Source: Monocercomonoides exilis PA203
Lineage: Eukaryota > Protista > Preaxostyla
Assembly (NCBI GenBank): GCA_001643675.2
Contig: LSRY02000008.1
Span: 1,612,001-1,676,000, forward strand
DNA length: 64,000 nucleotides
Reading direction: 5' to 3'
Below are positions 24,341 through 36,177 of the stretch, piece after piece. Within the stretch, counting starts at the first letter, position 1, and each line of letters begins with the position of its first letter. The notes beneath the pieces were generated by a model. It was not told the DNA's origin. It saw only the letters and a program-made list of their open reading frames with translations, and did not search any database. The position numbers were made by a program, and so were the translations under genes.

Positions 24341-24456
24341 TATGATGAAAAAATATGATGAAAAAATATGATGAAAAAATATGATGAAAAAATATGATGA
24401 AAAAATATGATGAAAAAATATGATGAAAAAATATGATGAAAAAATATGATGAAAAA
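24341..24456 (-). repeat. 13-bp minisatellite, mirror copy (TATGATGAAAAAA x9)
   Basis: Read directly from the sequence. Confidence 0.95.
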
Positions 24457-27400
24457 CAAAATAAACAAATCCACACCTTTAACAATGGTCACACTTCGCT
24501 GACTATCCCTTCTTCTTCTTCTTCTTCTTCTTCTTCTTCTTCTTCTTCTTTTTGCTCCTCCCCAATTGTTGTTCCTTTCTGCCTTCACTCCCATCGCATC
24601 CATCTCTTCAATGTGTTGTTCCTCAATATCCCTATCCCTCTGCTCTCTTTTCTCTCCCTCTTTTGCCTCCCCCACTCCTTATAAAATGAATCTCCTCCAG
24701 ACATCCAAATAGAATCTTCAAATACAAATTCCATTTTGCTGAAAATGGCCTTCACCTTTTCTATCAAACACATTCCTCAAAATAATTCCTCATTTACCAT
24801 CTTCTGCTCTATCTTTATTTTTATTTTTATTTCTCTCTTTCTCTTTCTCTTTCTCTCTCTCTCTCTTTCCTTCTCTCTTTCTCTCTCTGGAATATTTGGA
24901 AAAAGCCTCTCTTTCAAAAGGGCAAATCCAAATCCGGCTGTTCATGTTTCCTCAAACCATCCCAATGCCCGATGAACAACAAGAGAATCTTCTGATGATT
25001 AAAATGCTCAAATATTAAAAAATATATCAAAATCAATCCGCAGACTCATTGAAGATATAAACATGAATATTAACCTTCTGGCTCGAATTTTCTTTTCTCA
25101 TCGTATCTTCCTCTTCTTCCTCTTGCACCTTTCAAAATATCGCTTCTTTCACCGAACAAAGCCCATCTGCCCCTTCTTCGCTCCTTTCTACTCCTAAAAA
25201 TCATTTACTTCCAATCCTTGGTCTTATTTCCACTTGAATAACTTCACAAACTCCGTTCTGTAAAAAACTGGAAAAGAAGATAATTCCATCAGAATAACCC
25301 CTTCCCATCCCTTTCCGCTGTATTGCCTTCTTCTTCTCTCCATTTCCTCTAAAATATCAACGCCCCTCCACCAAATATCACAATCCCTGTCTCCTCATCT
25401 CCCATGCCCTTCTTCCAACCAATAAAAAACAAATACCTCCATCCTTTTTCTGTCTCTTTCCATTGCAAAACACCCTCTCGTAGTCAGCCCTTCATCTTCC
25501 TCTGTCTCCACACCTCCAATGCAAAGTGCCAGCGCTGATGTTCCTTCTTCCTGTCTTTCTCCACCTCCGCCTCCAACACTTGCCCTGCAAATGAGAGGCG
25601 CGGCCAAACGGTTCGCAAAATAAATAATATAAAAATTTGAAGAATATTTTTCTTCACTTTTTTTTCTTCAATCCCACTTTTCCTTCTTATCAAACATAAG
25701 CCCACAAAATCTCTTCTCTTTGTTCCGCCTCATATGCCTCCCTCCTCTCTCTCCCTGCATTTGAAAAAAAAAAATATCCCTTTTCCATATCTCTCCATCT
25801 CTTATCCTCCTCTCCAATAAATATATTCCATTCACTCCACCTTTCTTGTTTTCCCTCTTATCCCACCTCCTCAACAGCAAATTCCTTTTCTCAAATAATA
25901 AACGCAACTTCCACACCTTCCAACTCACAAAAATCGAAAAAACTACCCCACAAAAGTCTATCCCTATCCATCTCCCACGTATCCATTTTGTCTCTTAAAC
26001 CTCCCAAAAACACCTCTTTCTCCCCCCAAAAAAATATCCTTTAATCGTTCCATTCCCTCTCTAAACCCTGCCTCCTCCAAGAACTCAACTCCTTCACCCC
26101 ACACCATAAATCCATCCTATTGTTATCGCATTGTCTTCATATGCCCATTCAGCCACGGCACATCGAGTAGGACTTTCTTTTCTTTTGTGGCTCTTATTCG
26201 TTATGGAACATGATCAAGCAATGTCAAATGCTCAGAAACTGTCAACGGGGTCAGATTCCGAGGTTTAAACAAAGACAGGTTGACCAAGTGAAATATTTCC
26301 AGTGAAAATGTGGGGTATTACAAAAGAATGTTTGCTTGATGAAAGATGAAATTGTTCATATTGATTGATGAATGGCTGTGGAGCAACAATATTTTCGATG
26401 GAAATGATGAATTTTCAATGTATGTAATTTTTATTGTTCTGTTGATTGTGAAGATGTTATCATCCGTAACCTCTCCAAAGTCGTGATTCAGACAACTTAT
26501 TTAAAATGAACAATTTATTCCATGCAGAGCAGAACAGCGAGGAAGCGAGACAAATGTTATGTTACAAATATATTAGAGCCAGAATGTATTTTATCATAAA
26601 TGTTTATGTGACTTGTTATTAACTCAACATGCACAATCGATAGAAATGTGATGAAAAATGAAATTTAATGGAGCAGAAATCAACGGGGTTGGAAGATATC
26701 CAAGGCAAAAAGGAAGAATAACCAAATTCAATGAAAAGGGAGCGTTTTTTAAAAAGAGGAAGAAGACATTTTCATTTTTAAGTTTGTTGGAAAGATTGGG
26801 GCAAATAACTGAAACAGGAGATTGAAATCAGTTTGGACAGAACAATGCGCCTTTCTTTGGAGAAGAAGGACAAGACATTGATTTTACGGACTGAGGAGAG
26901 GGATGGAACTGCTTTTCATTGCTTGGCTTGAGAGGCGAAAAAACGAGAAAAACAGACAGTTTTGCGTAATACGGCAGCTGGAGGCAAATTACAGGCAAAA
27001 TGGACTTTTATCGTTTGACCTTTGTCTTCAGCCTTCTATCATTGAAACGTTATTCACAAGAGCAGAGAACGAGGTTGCGATGCTGAGAATATCTTCTGAC
27101 AGAAGATACATAGTATTCAAACTTGAAAATAACATCGCATTCACCATCTTTATCGTCTTTATCTCTGTCATTGCCATCACCGCTGTCATTATCTTCTTCA
27201 TCTTCATTAAAATTATATTGAAGCATTTTTATTATTTGTGTATTATTCGAGCGGAATCAGTGCTCAGGATTGGAAATAAGCAAGTTGTTGGAAGCAGAAC
27301 AGAATCACTTTCATTGATGTTGAGATTGGCAGCAGAAGCAAAAAAGGCGAGTTTTGTTGGCAGAAAAGAACAATATTTTGAGAGGCACTCGAAGAAGAAG

Positions 27401-28099
27401 AAGAAAGTGTGTGAAGATTGGCAATAAATATATTTTTAGAGTTTGCTTTGTATTAATTTTTTTTCTCAAATTTTTCACATATTTATTTTTTTTATTTTTT
27501 TGAGGGATTAAGATTTATGGAAGGACATTTTCAGGCAATGAATGAACATGGGGAAAAGAGCACATTTGATGCTTTTGAGAAAGCAGGCAACACAATTTTT
27601 TTGAGAATATCGAAGAATGAGCTGGAGGAAATCAATGAAATGAATGGAAGAGGAGGGATTTGAAGATTTATGTTGAATTTTGAAAAAGAAGAAGGGGAAG
27701 CGACGGAAAAGAATAATCGGAAAATTGAAGAAATGGCTGAAGAAGAAATGTGACAGGAAGTCAAGAAGGAAATGAAGATGAAGAAAAGGAAGCAGATTGC
27801 GAAAGGAAAATGGTACTGGTTTGTGATATTTTGTATTACATTTAAAATATTTTTTTTCTTTTTTTTTTTTATGATGACAGGGAGTTTTGCATGAATATCC
27901 AAAAGGGATGAATGCGAATGGAATATGGAAAGAAGGAAGAAAACGGAAACAGAAGGAAAAAAAAAAGATTTAGGCGATAACATTCCTATCAGAAGAGGCG
28001 AGCGAAGACAAAAAAAGATACTGAAACTTATTGGGATATTTTGCAAAATTTTTCTGAATGAAGGGGAAGAGAAGGAAACGTTGAAGGAAAGAAATTTCT

Positions 28100-29668
28100 G
28101 TGAGAGAATCTCTTATCCAATCTTCAACCCCATTCCTCTCATCAATCTTCATTACCCTTATATCCCTATCTCACCTGACATTTTTCAATATATCAACAGC
28201 AAATGAGGCATGTTCACCTGCAACAACTACGTCAGCCCAAACTACATGTCTGATGAGCAGCTGTTCATTCTCATCAGTTTGCAATGGGTATGATGGAGGG
28301 ATTGTTCATTCCCTCAACAATCCTTTAGCTTCATTGTCTGCGTCAAACACCTCATTCGTTGGGTGTTGTCGGGCAAGAAATGTTGTATGTGAAGGAACTG
28401 CAGACAACAAGCTGACTCCAGGGAGACAGAATGAAACAGAAAATGGAGAAAATTCATTTATTTGGTGCGAGTGGAATGGATCGAGGACAACAGGAGAAAG
28501 CGACTCGTATGCTGATGGAATATCGAGCGGAGGGGCCATCTGCATGTACAATCTCAATTTCGGAGAACTATCTGTATCTCATTGCTCATTCAATGATTGT
28601 TATGCACATTATTCGGGAGGTGGTATTCATTGCTACAACATCAAATCTGTTGATATTACAAATAACATGTTCAATTCATGCACTGCTCAAACATGGATTG
28701 GGGGAGGAATGTGTATTTATGTGATTTCAACATGTGTTCGGATCAGCGGATGTGAATTTCAGGGTTGCAAAGCAAATTATTATGGAGGAGGACTTTTTCT
28801 TGAAAATTTTCAGGTATCTGGATCAGGATGCATTGGAAATGAAAATGGTGGAGGGGAGAGTGCATGTGTGTTTGACTGCTGTTTCACTTCATGCTCATTG
28901 ACAAACAATGGAGGTGGAGGCATGTTTTGTAAAACTGTTCCTGCGACGCAATTCAAAATGAGGAGCATTCAGTTTATTTCATGTTCTGCAATGACAAGGG
29001 GAGGAGGACTATATATGGAGCCAAACAAACAAACAGCACAAAATGAAACAATTTATTGCTATTTCCTCTTCTTCCATGAATGCAAATGTTCGGCCAATGT
29101 TCCATATGGCCATGACATAATCTATGCAGATTATTATAATGTCTTTTTGAATTCAGGCAATCCGTTCTATGAATGTTATACAACGAACACAGATGAGAAG
29201 AGAATGTGCTATGCGTATAATTACTCGAATGCAGGTGCCTGGACATTTGATCAATCAATGAAAAAGGATTGGCTGAAGGACAAGACGATATATGTTTCGG
29301 TGAATGGAAATGATAATTTTGAGTTGTGTGGGGCAAATGAAACATTTCCTTGTCTGACAGTGAAGAAGGCATTTGAAATGAGTGAGGTGCAGATAAACTT
29401 GGCAATCACGCTGCTGGATGGGAATCACAAAAGCGAGGCAACAACAATTGAGATTGGATCAAAGAAGATTTCAGTCATTGGGAGAGGCAAAGATAAGAGT
29501 TCGATTGGAACAGGAGCATTTTCATCAACAAGATCGCTGTTCAGCGTGTCAACAGGTCATCTTAGAATGAGTCATTTGAAAGTCGATTGTAACTCAAATA
29601 TAAATCCTTCGCCGAATGTGGCTGTGGTGTCTGATGGGAACTATTTATTTTGCTTAGAGGTTGTATAG
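28100..29668 (+). CDS. Cassette E, chimeric at the P1/P2 junction
   Basis: 522-aa ORF. The first ~127 aa are nearly identical to B; the 3' region is shared with F and F'. Confidence 0.8.
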   Translation: MRESLIQSSTPFLSSIFITLISLSHLTFFNISTANEACSPATTTSAQTTCLMSSCSFSSVCNGYDGGIVHSLNNPLASLSASNTSFVGCCRARNVVCEGTADNKLTPGRQNETENGENSFIWCEWNGSRTTGESDSYADGISSGGAICMYNLNFGELSVSHCSFNDCYAHYSGGGIHCYNIKSVDITNNMFNSCTAQTWIGGGMCIYVISTCVRISGCEFQGCKANYYGGGLFLENFQVSGSGCIGNENGGGESACVFDCCFTSCSLTNNGGGGMFCKTVPATQFKMRSIQFISCSAMTRGGGLYMEPNKQTAQNETIYCYFLFFHECKCSANVPYGHDIIYADYYNVFLNSGNPFYECYTTNTDEKRMCYAYNYSNAGAWTFDQSMKKDWLKDKTIYVSVNGNDNFELCGANETFPCLTVKKAFEMSEVQINLAITLLDGNHKSEATTIEIGSKKISVIGRGKDKSSIGTGAFSSTRSLFSVSTGHLRMSHLKVDCNSNINPSPNVAVVSDGNYLFCLEVV

Positions 29669-32222
29669 ATGAGCGTTTCTTTTTTCATCAGAGCCGAATC
29701 CTTTTTATTTTTTTTAAATTTAATTTGCGATTTTATTTCGATGGGCAGATTTTTGCGCAACTGAACTTTTCCATGTTATACTTCTTTTTACAATATTAAA
29801 ACAGTATTAAACAAATTGTACCATTTCTTATAACGTTTTCTTTTAGGCGCATGTAAAAAGAAAAATAAACTATTTCTTAAAAAATATGAAAAGTTCAAAT
29901 TTTAAACTTATATTTTTTTATTTTTATTTTTATTTCTTGAAATGAATACAGGTATTTATTTTTATTTTTATTTTATTTCATTTTTTATTTCATTTTTTTT
30001 TTTTTGATTAAATTTTTTCTTTGGTTTGTAAGCTAAGATGGTTATTAACTGTTCTATTTTATTTATTTTTATTGTGCTCTTTCAGATTTCTGTTTTCTTG
30101 TTCATTGCAGAATGTATTAATTACTAGTCAATTGAATTTAGTTTACTGAAGTGTTGGAAAGCCTTTGCTCTTTTATTGTGTTTTCTTTTTAAATTGAATA
30201 ATGTATGCTATTTGGTATGTTGTAATATTGCTGTGTGCAATTGCAGAAATGAAACAAGGAGCACTGTCAAAAATTAAAAAACAATTAAAAATCTATCACA
30301 ATGTGCTTTAATTCTTAAATCCAGAGTGATGATTTGAAACTGTAATTTGTAATCTCAACCATGTTTTTCAAGCTGTATACAGCTTGACGCAAACTTATTG
30401 ACGATTAAATATGCACAAAACATTTGTAATGCAGGAATTAATACGAATTTTCAAGTATTTTTGTACTGTTCATCAAAAATGTGTTATTAAAAAGAAAAAG
30501 AAAAATAATGTTCAAAAATATCAAATTAATCAAACTCTCAGCTATTTATTAGCTCAACAATTGTTCCACTTTATTGCTAATTTTCGTTTTATGCCTGAAA
30601 AACTGGGTTAAAAATTTTTGAAATCGTGTCCATTTAAAATAATTCAAAATTCAAAATTTCATAACTTAATTTCGAAACGAAAAAATGTGGGGGAAAATAT
30701 GAAACTTCAAGCTTTTTCATTGAAATAATTTGCACGGTGGATGAACTTTTTGTGATCCAAAAATATAAGCAAAACGGGTTTATTCATTCGAATCATTCAC
30801 ATGTGTGTGATTCTTTTTGAAAAGTCGCAAATGTTAAACATTTTGAATTAATGATAATGTTTCTAATTTGATCAGTGTTCACTTTAAATCCATCAAATTT
30901 TATCATTATTCAAACTTGATTTCACAAACCAATTTGATGCGAAAATATATCATCATGGAGAAATTTGATGGATTTAAAGTGAACACTGATCAAATTAGAA
31001 ACATTATCATTAATTCAAAATGTTTAACATTTGCGACTTTTCAAAAAGAATCACACACATGTGAATGATTCGAATGAATAAACCCGTTTTGCTTATATTT
31101 TTGGATCACAAAAAGTTCATCCACCGTGCAAATTATTTCAATGAAAAAGCTTGAAGTTTCATATTTTCCCCCACATTTTTTCGTTTCGAAATTAAGTTAT
31201 GAAATTTTGAATTTTGAATTATTTTAAATGGACACGATTTCAAAAATTTTTAACCCAGTTTTTCAGGCATAAAACGAAAATTAGCAAAACAATAAAGTGG
31301 AACAATTGTTGAGCTAATAAATAGCTGAGAGTTTGATTAATTTGATATTTTTGAACATTATTTTTTCTTTTTTCTTTTTTTAATAACACATTTTTTTGAT
31401 GAACAGTACAAAAAATACTTGAAAATTCGTATTAATTCCTGCATTACAAATGTTTTGTGCATATTTAATCGTCAATAAGTTTGCGTCAAGCTGTATACAG
31501 CTTGAAAAACATGGTTGAGATTACAAATTACAGTTTCAAATCATCACTCTGGATTTAAGAATTAAAGCACATTGTGATAGATTTTTAATTGTTTTTTTAA
31601 TTTTTTGACAGTGCTCCTTGTTTCATTTCTGCAATTGCACACAGCAATATTACAACATACCAAATAGCATACATTATTCAATTTAAAAAGAAAACACAAT
31701 AAAAGAGCAAAGGCTTTCCAACACTTCAGTAAACTAAATTCAATTGACTAGTAATTAATACATTCTGCAATGAACAAGAAAACAGAAATCTGAAAGAGCA
31801 CAATAAAAATAAATAAAATAGAACAGTTAATAACCATCTTAGCTTACAAACCAAAGAAAAAATTTAATCAAAAAAAAAAAAAATGAAATAAAAAATGAAA
31901 TAAAATAAAAATAAAAATAAATACCTGTATTCATTTCAAGAAATAAAAATAAAAATAAAAAAATATAAGTTTAAAATTTGAACTTTTCATATTTTTTAAG
32001 AAATAGTTTATTTTTCTTTTTACATGCGCCTAAAAGAAAACGTTATAAGAAATGGTACAATTTGTTTAATACTGTTTTAATATTGTAAAAAGAAGTATAA
32101 CATGGAAAAGTTCAGTTGCGCAAAAATCTGCCCATCGAAATAAAATCGCAAATTAAATTTAAAAAAAATAAAAAGGATTCTGCTCTGATGAAAAAAGAAA
32201 CGTTCATCTATACAACCTCTAA
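29655..32222. repeat. Palindrome P2: near-identical arms ~29655-30900 and 30961-32222, 60-bp spacer; diverged homology extends into cassettes E and F
   Basis: ...catcaaattt[60 bp]aaatttgatg... The arms differ mainly in homopolymer lengths. The mirrored stop codons are at 29668 and 32208. Confidence 0.95.
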
Positions 32223-33971
32223 GAAAAATAAATAGTTCCTATCGGATGTCTCAACCACATTCAGCGAAGGATTTATATTTGAATTACAATCAACCTTCAA
32301 ATGATTCATTCCAAGATGACCTGTTGATACACTGAACAACGCTCCAGTTGATGAAAGTGCCCCTGTTTCAATCGAACTCTCCGTCCTCCCTTTCCCAATG
32401 ACCGAAATCTTCTTTGATCCAATCTCAATTGTTGTTGCCTCGCTTTTGTGATTCCCATCCAGCAGCGTGATTGCCAAGTTTATCTGCACCTCACTCATTT
32501 CAAATGCCTTCTTCACTGTCAGACAAGGAAATGTTTCATTTGCCCCACACAACTCAAAATTATCATTTCCATTCACCGAAACATATAACGTTTTATCTTT
32601 CAGCCAATCCTTTTTCATTGATTGATCATATGCCCAACTCCCCGAATTCGATGCATTGTATCCGTAGCATACTCTCTTGTCATCTGTATTTGTGGTGTAA
32701 CATTCATGGAACGGATTTCCTGATTCCAAATAAAGATTAAAGTAATCATAATACATCACATCATGACCATATGGAGTGGATGTAATCCTGCACTTGCATT
32801 CATGAAAGAAAAGGAAAAAGCAATAAATCCCATCACCTGGTGGTGTTGGTTTATTCGGATCAAAGCTTAGCCCTCCACCATACGATGAAGCATTACATGA
32901 AATAAATTGAATGCTCCTCATTTTAAATGTGACAGGAACAGTTCGACAATACATGCCTCCGCCACTTGAACTTGAAAGGGAGCATGAAGTGAAACCGCAG
33001 TCAAACACACACGCACTCTCCCCTCCTCCATTTTCTGCTTCAATGCATCCTGTTCCTGAAACCTGAAAATCATTAAGATAAAGTCCTCCTCCATTATTAT
33101 TTGCTTTACAATTCTGGAATTCACATTCGCTGATCCGAGCACATGATAAAATCGAATAAGCATGAATTCCGCCACCTGTATTTGCTTGTGCTGTGCAGCT
33201 GCTGAATGTGCTGTTCTCACACACAATTGTCTTGATTGCATGGCAAAATACACCTCCGCCATGCGCATCAGAATAGCAGTTGTTGAACTTGCAAAACAAA
33301 ATAGACAACATTCCTTCTCCCAAATTGAACATGCATATCGCTCCCCCGCTCGATATACCATCATCCCATGAATCGCCTTTTCCCGCTGTTTTTGACCCAT
33401 CCCATTCGCACCAAATAAATGTATTTGCTCCATTGAATGTTTCATTTTGTCTTCCTGGAGCCAGCTTATTAGTTTTAGTTCCTTCGCAAACAACATTTCT
33501 TGTCCTGCAACACCCAACAAATGATGTGTTTGAGGGCAGACAAGGAGGCCAAGGGGTTATTGAGGGAAGGAACAATTCCTCCATCATACGCATCACAAAT
33601 CGATGAAAATGAGCAACTGCTCATAAAACAAGTGGTTTGGGCTGACGTAGTGGTTGAAGGCGAACATGCCTCATTTGCTGTTGAAATATTGAAAAACAAA
33701 TATGTTGGAAGAGAAAAATACAGAAAAAGAGAAATGCAGTTCGCTCACTGAAGCACTTCTTTCTTTGCCTCCTTCTCTTCTCAATGCTTCTTGGTGAAAT
33801 TTCACAAAATACCTCAACATGGTCGCATCCCTTTTTCCATCTTTTCTGCCCCTTCTTCATCGTCTGCTTTCCCCATATCTCTTTTTCTTCTATTGAAATC
33901 TTCTGCTTGTTTTCAAAAATCCATTTTCTGTCATCGCTTTTAAATATACATGCAAAAGTCCCTGCTATCAT
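32208..33971 (-). pseudogene. Cassette F, left-arm copy, split by homopolymer indels; 3' end belongs to P2
   Basis: ORFs 33621-33971, 33475-33699 and 32208-33596 equal the mirror ORF 52091-53854 up to LLDGNH. There is an extra G at ~33535 and a shorter A run at ~33726. Confidence 0.8.
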
Positions 33972-34704
33972 TAAAAAAATAAATTATAAATTTAGAAATA
34001 TTAAATAAAATAAAATACAAAATATAAATATAAACAAACAAACAAACAAATAAATAAAAATACAATACAAATTATGAAAAATCAGTACCGTTTTTTTATC
34101 GGCTTTTTCCACTTCATTTTCTGCTTCTTCTTCTTCTTCTTTTCCTCCTCCTCCTCCTCCTCTAAATATCGCTCCTTTTTGCTAACACACCCGCCTGCCC
34201 CATCTCTGCCGACGATCCAAATGCCAATAGCATTTTCCCCATTTTACTCCAAAAAAGAAAAGAAAAGAAAAGAAAAGAAAAGAAAATAGCCAAAGTCCAG
34301 TCCTCAGATTCCCTGAAACAAAAAACTTCAACAACTTGATTCCAATAAATAGACCAGAATGGCGAAGAAGGCAAAGAAGTAATTATTGAAGAAGACATTG
34401 AACGACAAATAGAAGGAGATGATAAAACTGATGAATCAGGAGAAGTGGATGATGATGATGATGATGATGACCAAGAAGAAGTTTTTATAAAAATTATCTA
34501 CAAAAAAGTTAGTGATTATAAATGAGCATTTGACAGCATTTTCACAGTTAGCAGCTCCAAATGCTCTTCCTCCGCCTTTCTGCTCCTTCTTTGCAATATC
34601 TAATGTCTGCTCGAAAAAATACCAAGAGAAGGGAAATTGAAAATTAGACGCTTGCAGATTTAAAGTTGACATGAAATGAGCTGAAGCTGTTGAATCACTT
34701 CTTT

Positions 34705-36177
34705 TTAGAGAAAAAATTGCAGGAAAAAGAAAGAAGGAGCAGATGAAGATGAGAAGGATGAAATATAAAAATTCGTTTTTGTTCCAATCGAATTTTTATT
34801 TTTGCCCGTCCCAATGACAGAAATCTTTTTTGATCCAATATTAATTGTTGTTGCCTCACTTTGATGATTCCCTTCCAGCAGCGTGACTGATGAGCTCAGC
34901 TCTTCCAAGCCCGTCTCCACTGCGTGTCCCACCGTCTTGCAAGGTGCTGGCTCACCCATCCCACACAGCCCACTCGAGTCGCTTCCATTAGCACCCACAT
35001 ACAGAACCTTCGTCCAATCCTTCAGCCAATCCCACTTTTCTGTGTGCTGAAATGTCCAACTTGTCGAACTCGATGCAATATATCCGTAGCACACTCTCTG
35101 ATCATCTGTGTTTGTTGTGTAACATTCATGGAACGGATTCCCAGAATCCAAATATAAATTGTAATAATCCAGATATATCATATCGTGACCATGTGGTGGA
35201 TCACCCAAGCATTTGCATTCATGGAAGAAGAGGAAATAGCAATAAAGCCCATCAGCTGGTACAGTTTGCTTTATTGGTTCCAAATGAAATCCGCCTCCCC
35301 TGGTCGATGCGTTACACGAAATAAACCTGACGCTTCTAATCTTGAATTGATTGGGAACATTTCTGCAATACATGCCTCCTCCCCATGTTCCAGTTATTGA
35401 GCATGAAGTGAAACAGCATTCAAACACGCACGCACTCTCCCCTTCTCCACTTTCTGTTCCAATGCATTCTTGCCCCGAAACATTAAAATTTTCAAGAAAA
35501 AGTCCTCCTCCATGGCTATATGCTTTGCAATTCTGGAATTCACATCCGCTGATCCGAACACATGTTGAAATAGTAAAAACGAACACCCCTCCTCCAATCC
35601 ATGTTTCAGAAGCACAAGCATTAAATGTGTTATTCACAATCTCAACTGATTTAATGCTATAGCATGAAATCCCTCCGCCTGCGTAATACGCAACACATTC
35701 ATTGAATGCACAATGCGAAACTGAAACAGTGGCAGACGATTGACCAAACATGAAAATAGCACCACCGTTCGAAGTGCCATCGGCATATGTGTTGCCGTTT
35801 CCTGTTGCCTTCGATTCACTCCACTCGCACCAAGTGAATGAATTTGCTCCATTGAATGTTTCATTCTGTCTGTCTGGTTTCAATAGAACCTCTGCAGTTC
35901 CTTCACATTTCACATTCCTTGTCCTGCAACACCCAACAAACGAGGTGTTTGAGGCTGTCAAAAAGACCAAGGGGTTGTTGAGTGAAGGAACAATACCTCC
36001 ATCATATATGTCGCAAACAGACGAAAATGAGCAACTGTTAATAAAACATGAGGTTTGGATTGACGTAGTGGTTGAAGGCGAACATGCATCATTTGCTGTT
36101 GAAATATTGAAAAATGTGAGTTGTGAGAAGGAAACAAGGAGCATTGAGGGAGTTGAAAGAAATGGAGCTTGATTCAC
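34705..36177 (-). CDS. Cassette G, left-arm copy
   Basis: 490-aa ORF, family core, with the third type of downstream module (WTKVLYVGANGSDSSGLCG). Confidence 0.8.
   Translation of the reverse strand: MNQAPFLSTPSMLLVSFSQLTFFNISTANDACSPSTTTSIQTSCFINSCSFSSVCDIYDGGIVPSLNNPLVFLTASNTSFVGCCRTRNVKCEGTAEVLLKPDRQNETFNGANSFTWCEWSESKATGNGNTYADGTSNGGAIFMFGQSSATVSVSHCAFNECVAYYAGGGISCYSIKSVEIVNNTFNACASETWIGGGVFVFTISTCVRISGCEFQNCKAYSHGGGLFLENFNVSGQECIGTESGEGESACVFECCFTSCSITGTWGGGMYCRNVPNQFKIRSVRFISCNASTRGGGFHLEPIKQTVPADGLYCYFLFFHECKCLGDPPHGHDMIYLDYYNLYLDSGNPFHECYTTNTDDQRVCYGYIASSSTSWTFQHTEKWDWLKDWTKVLYVGANGSDSSGLCGMGEPAPCKTVGHAVETGLEELSSSVTLLEGNHQSEATTINIGSKKISVIGTGKNKNSIGTKTNFYISSFSSSSAPSFFFLQFFL

Larger units (their letters stand above)
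6041..28482. repeat. Giant palindrome P1: arms ~6041-17355 and 17540-28482, 184-bp imperfect core
   Basis: Mirror ORF pairs 14128+/20791-, 11944+/22982-, 17065+/17830- and 6421-/28100+. The inner ~9125-17355 is near-identical to 17540-~25420; the outer part has patches of substitutions. Confidence 0.97.
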
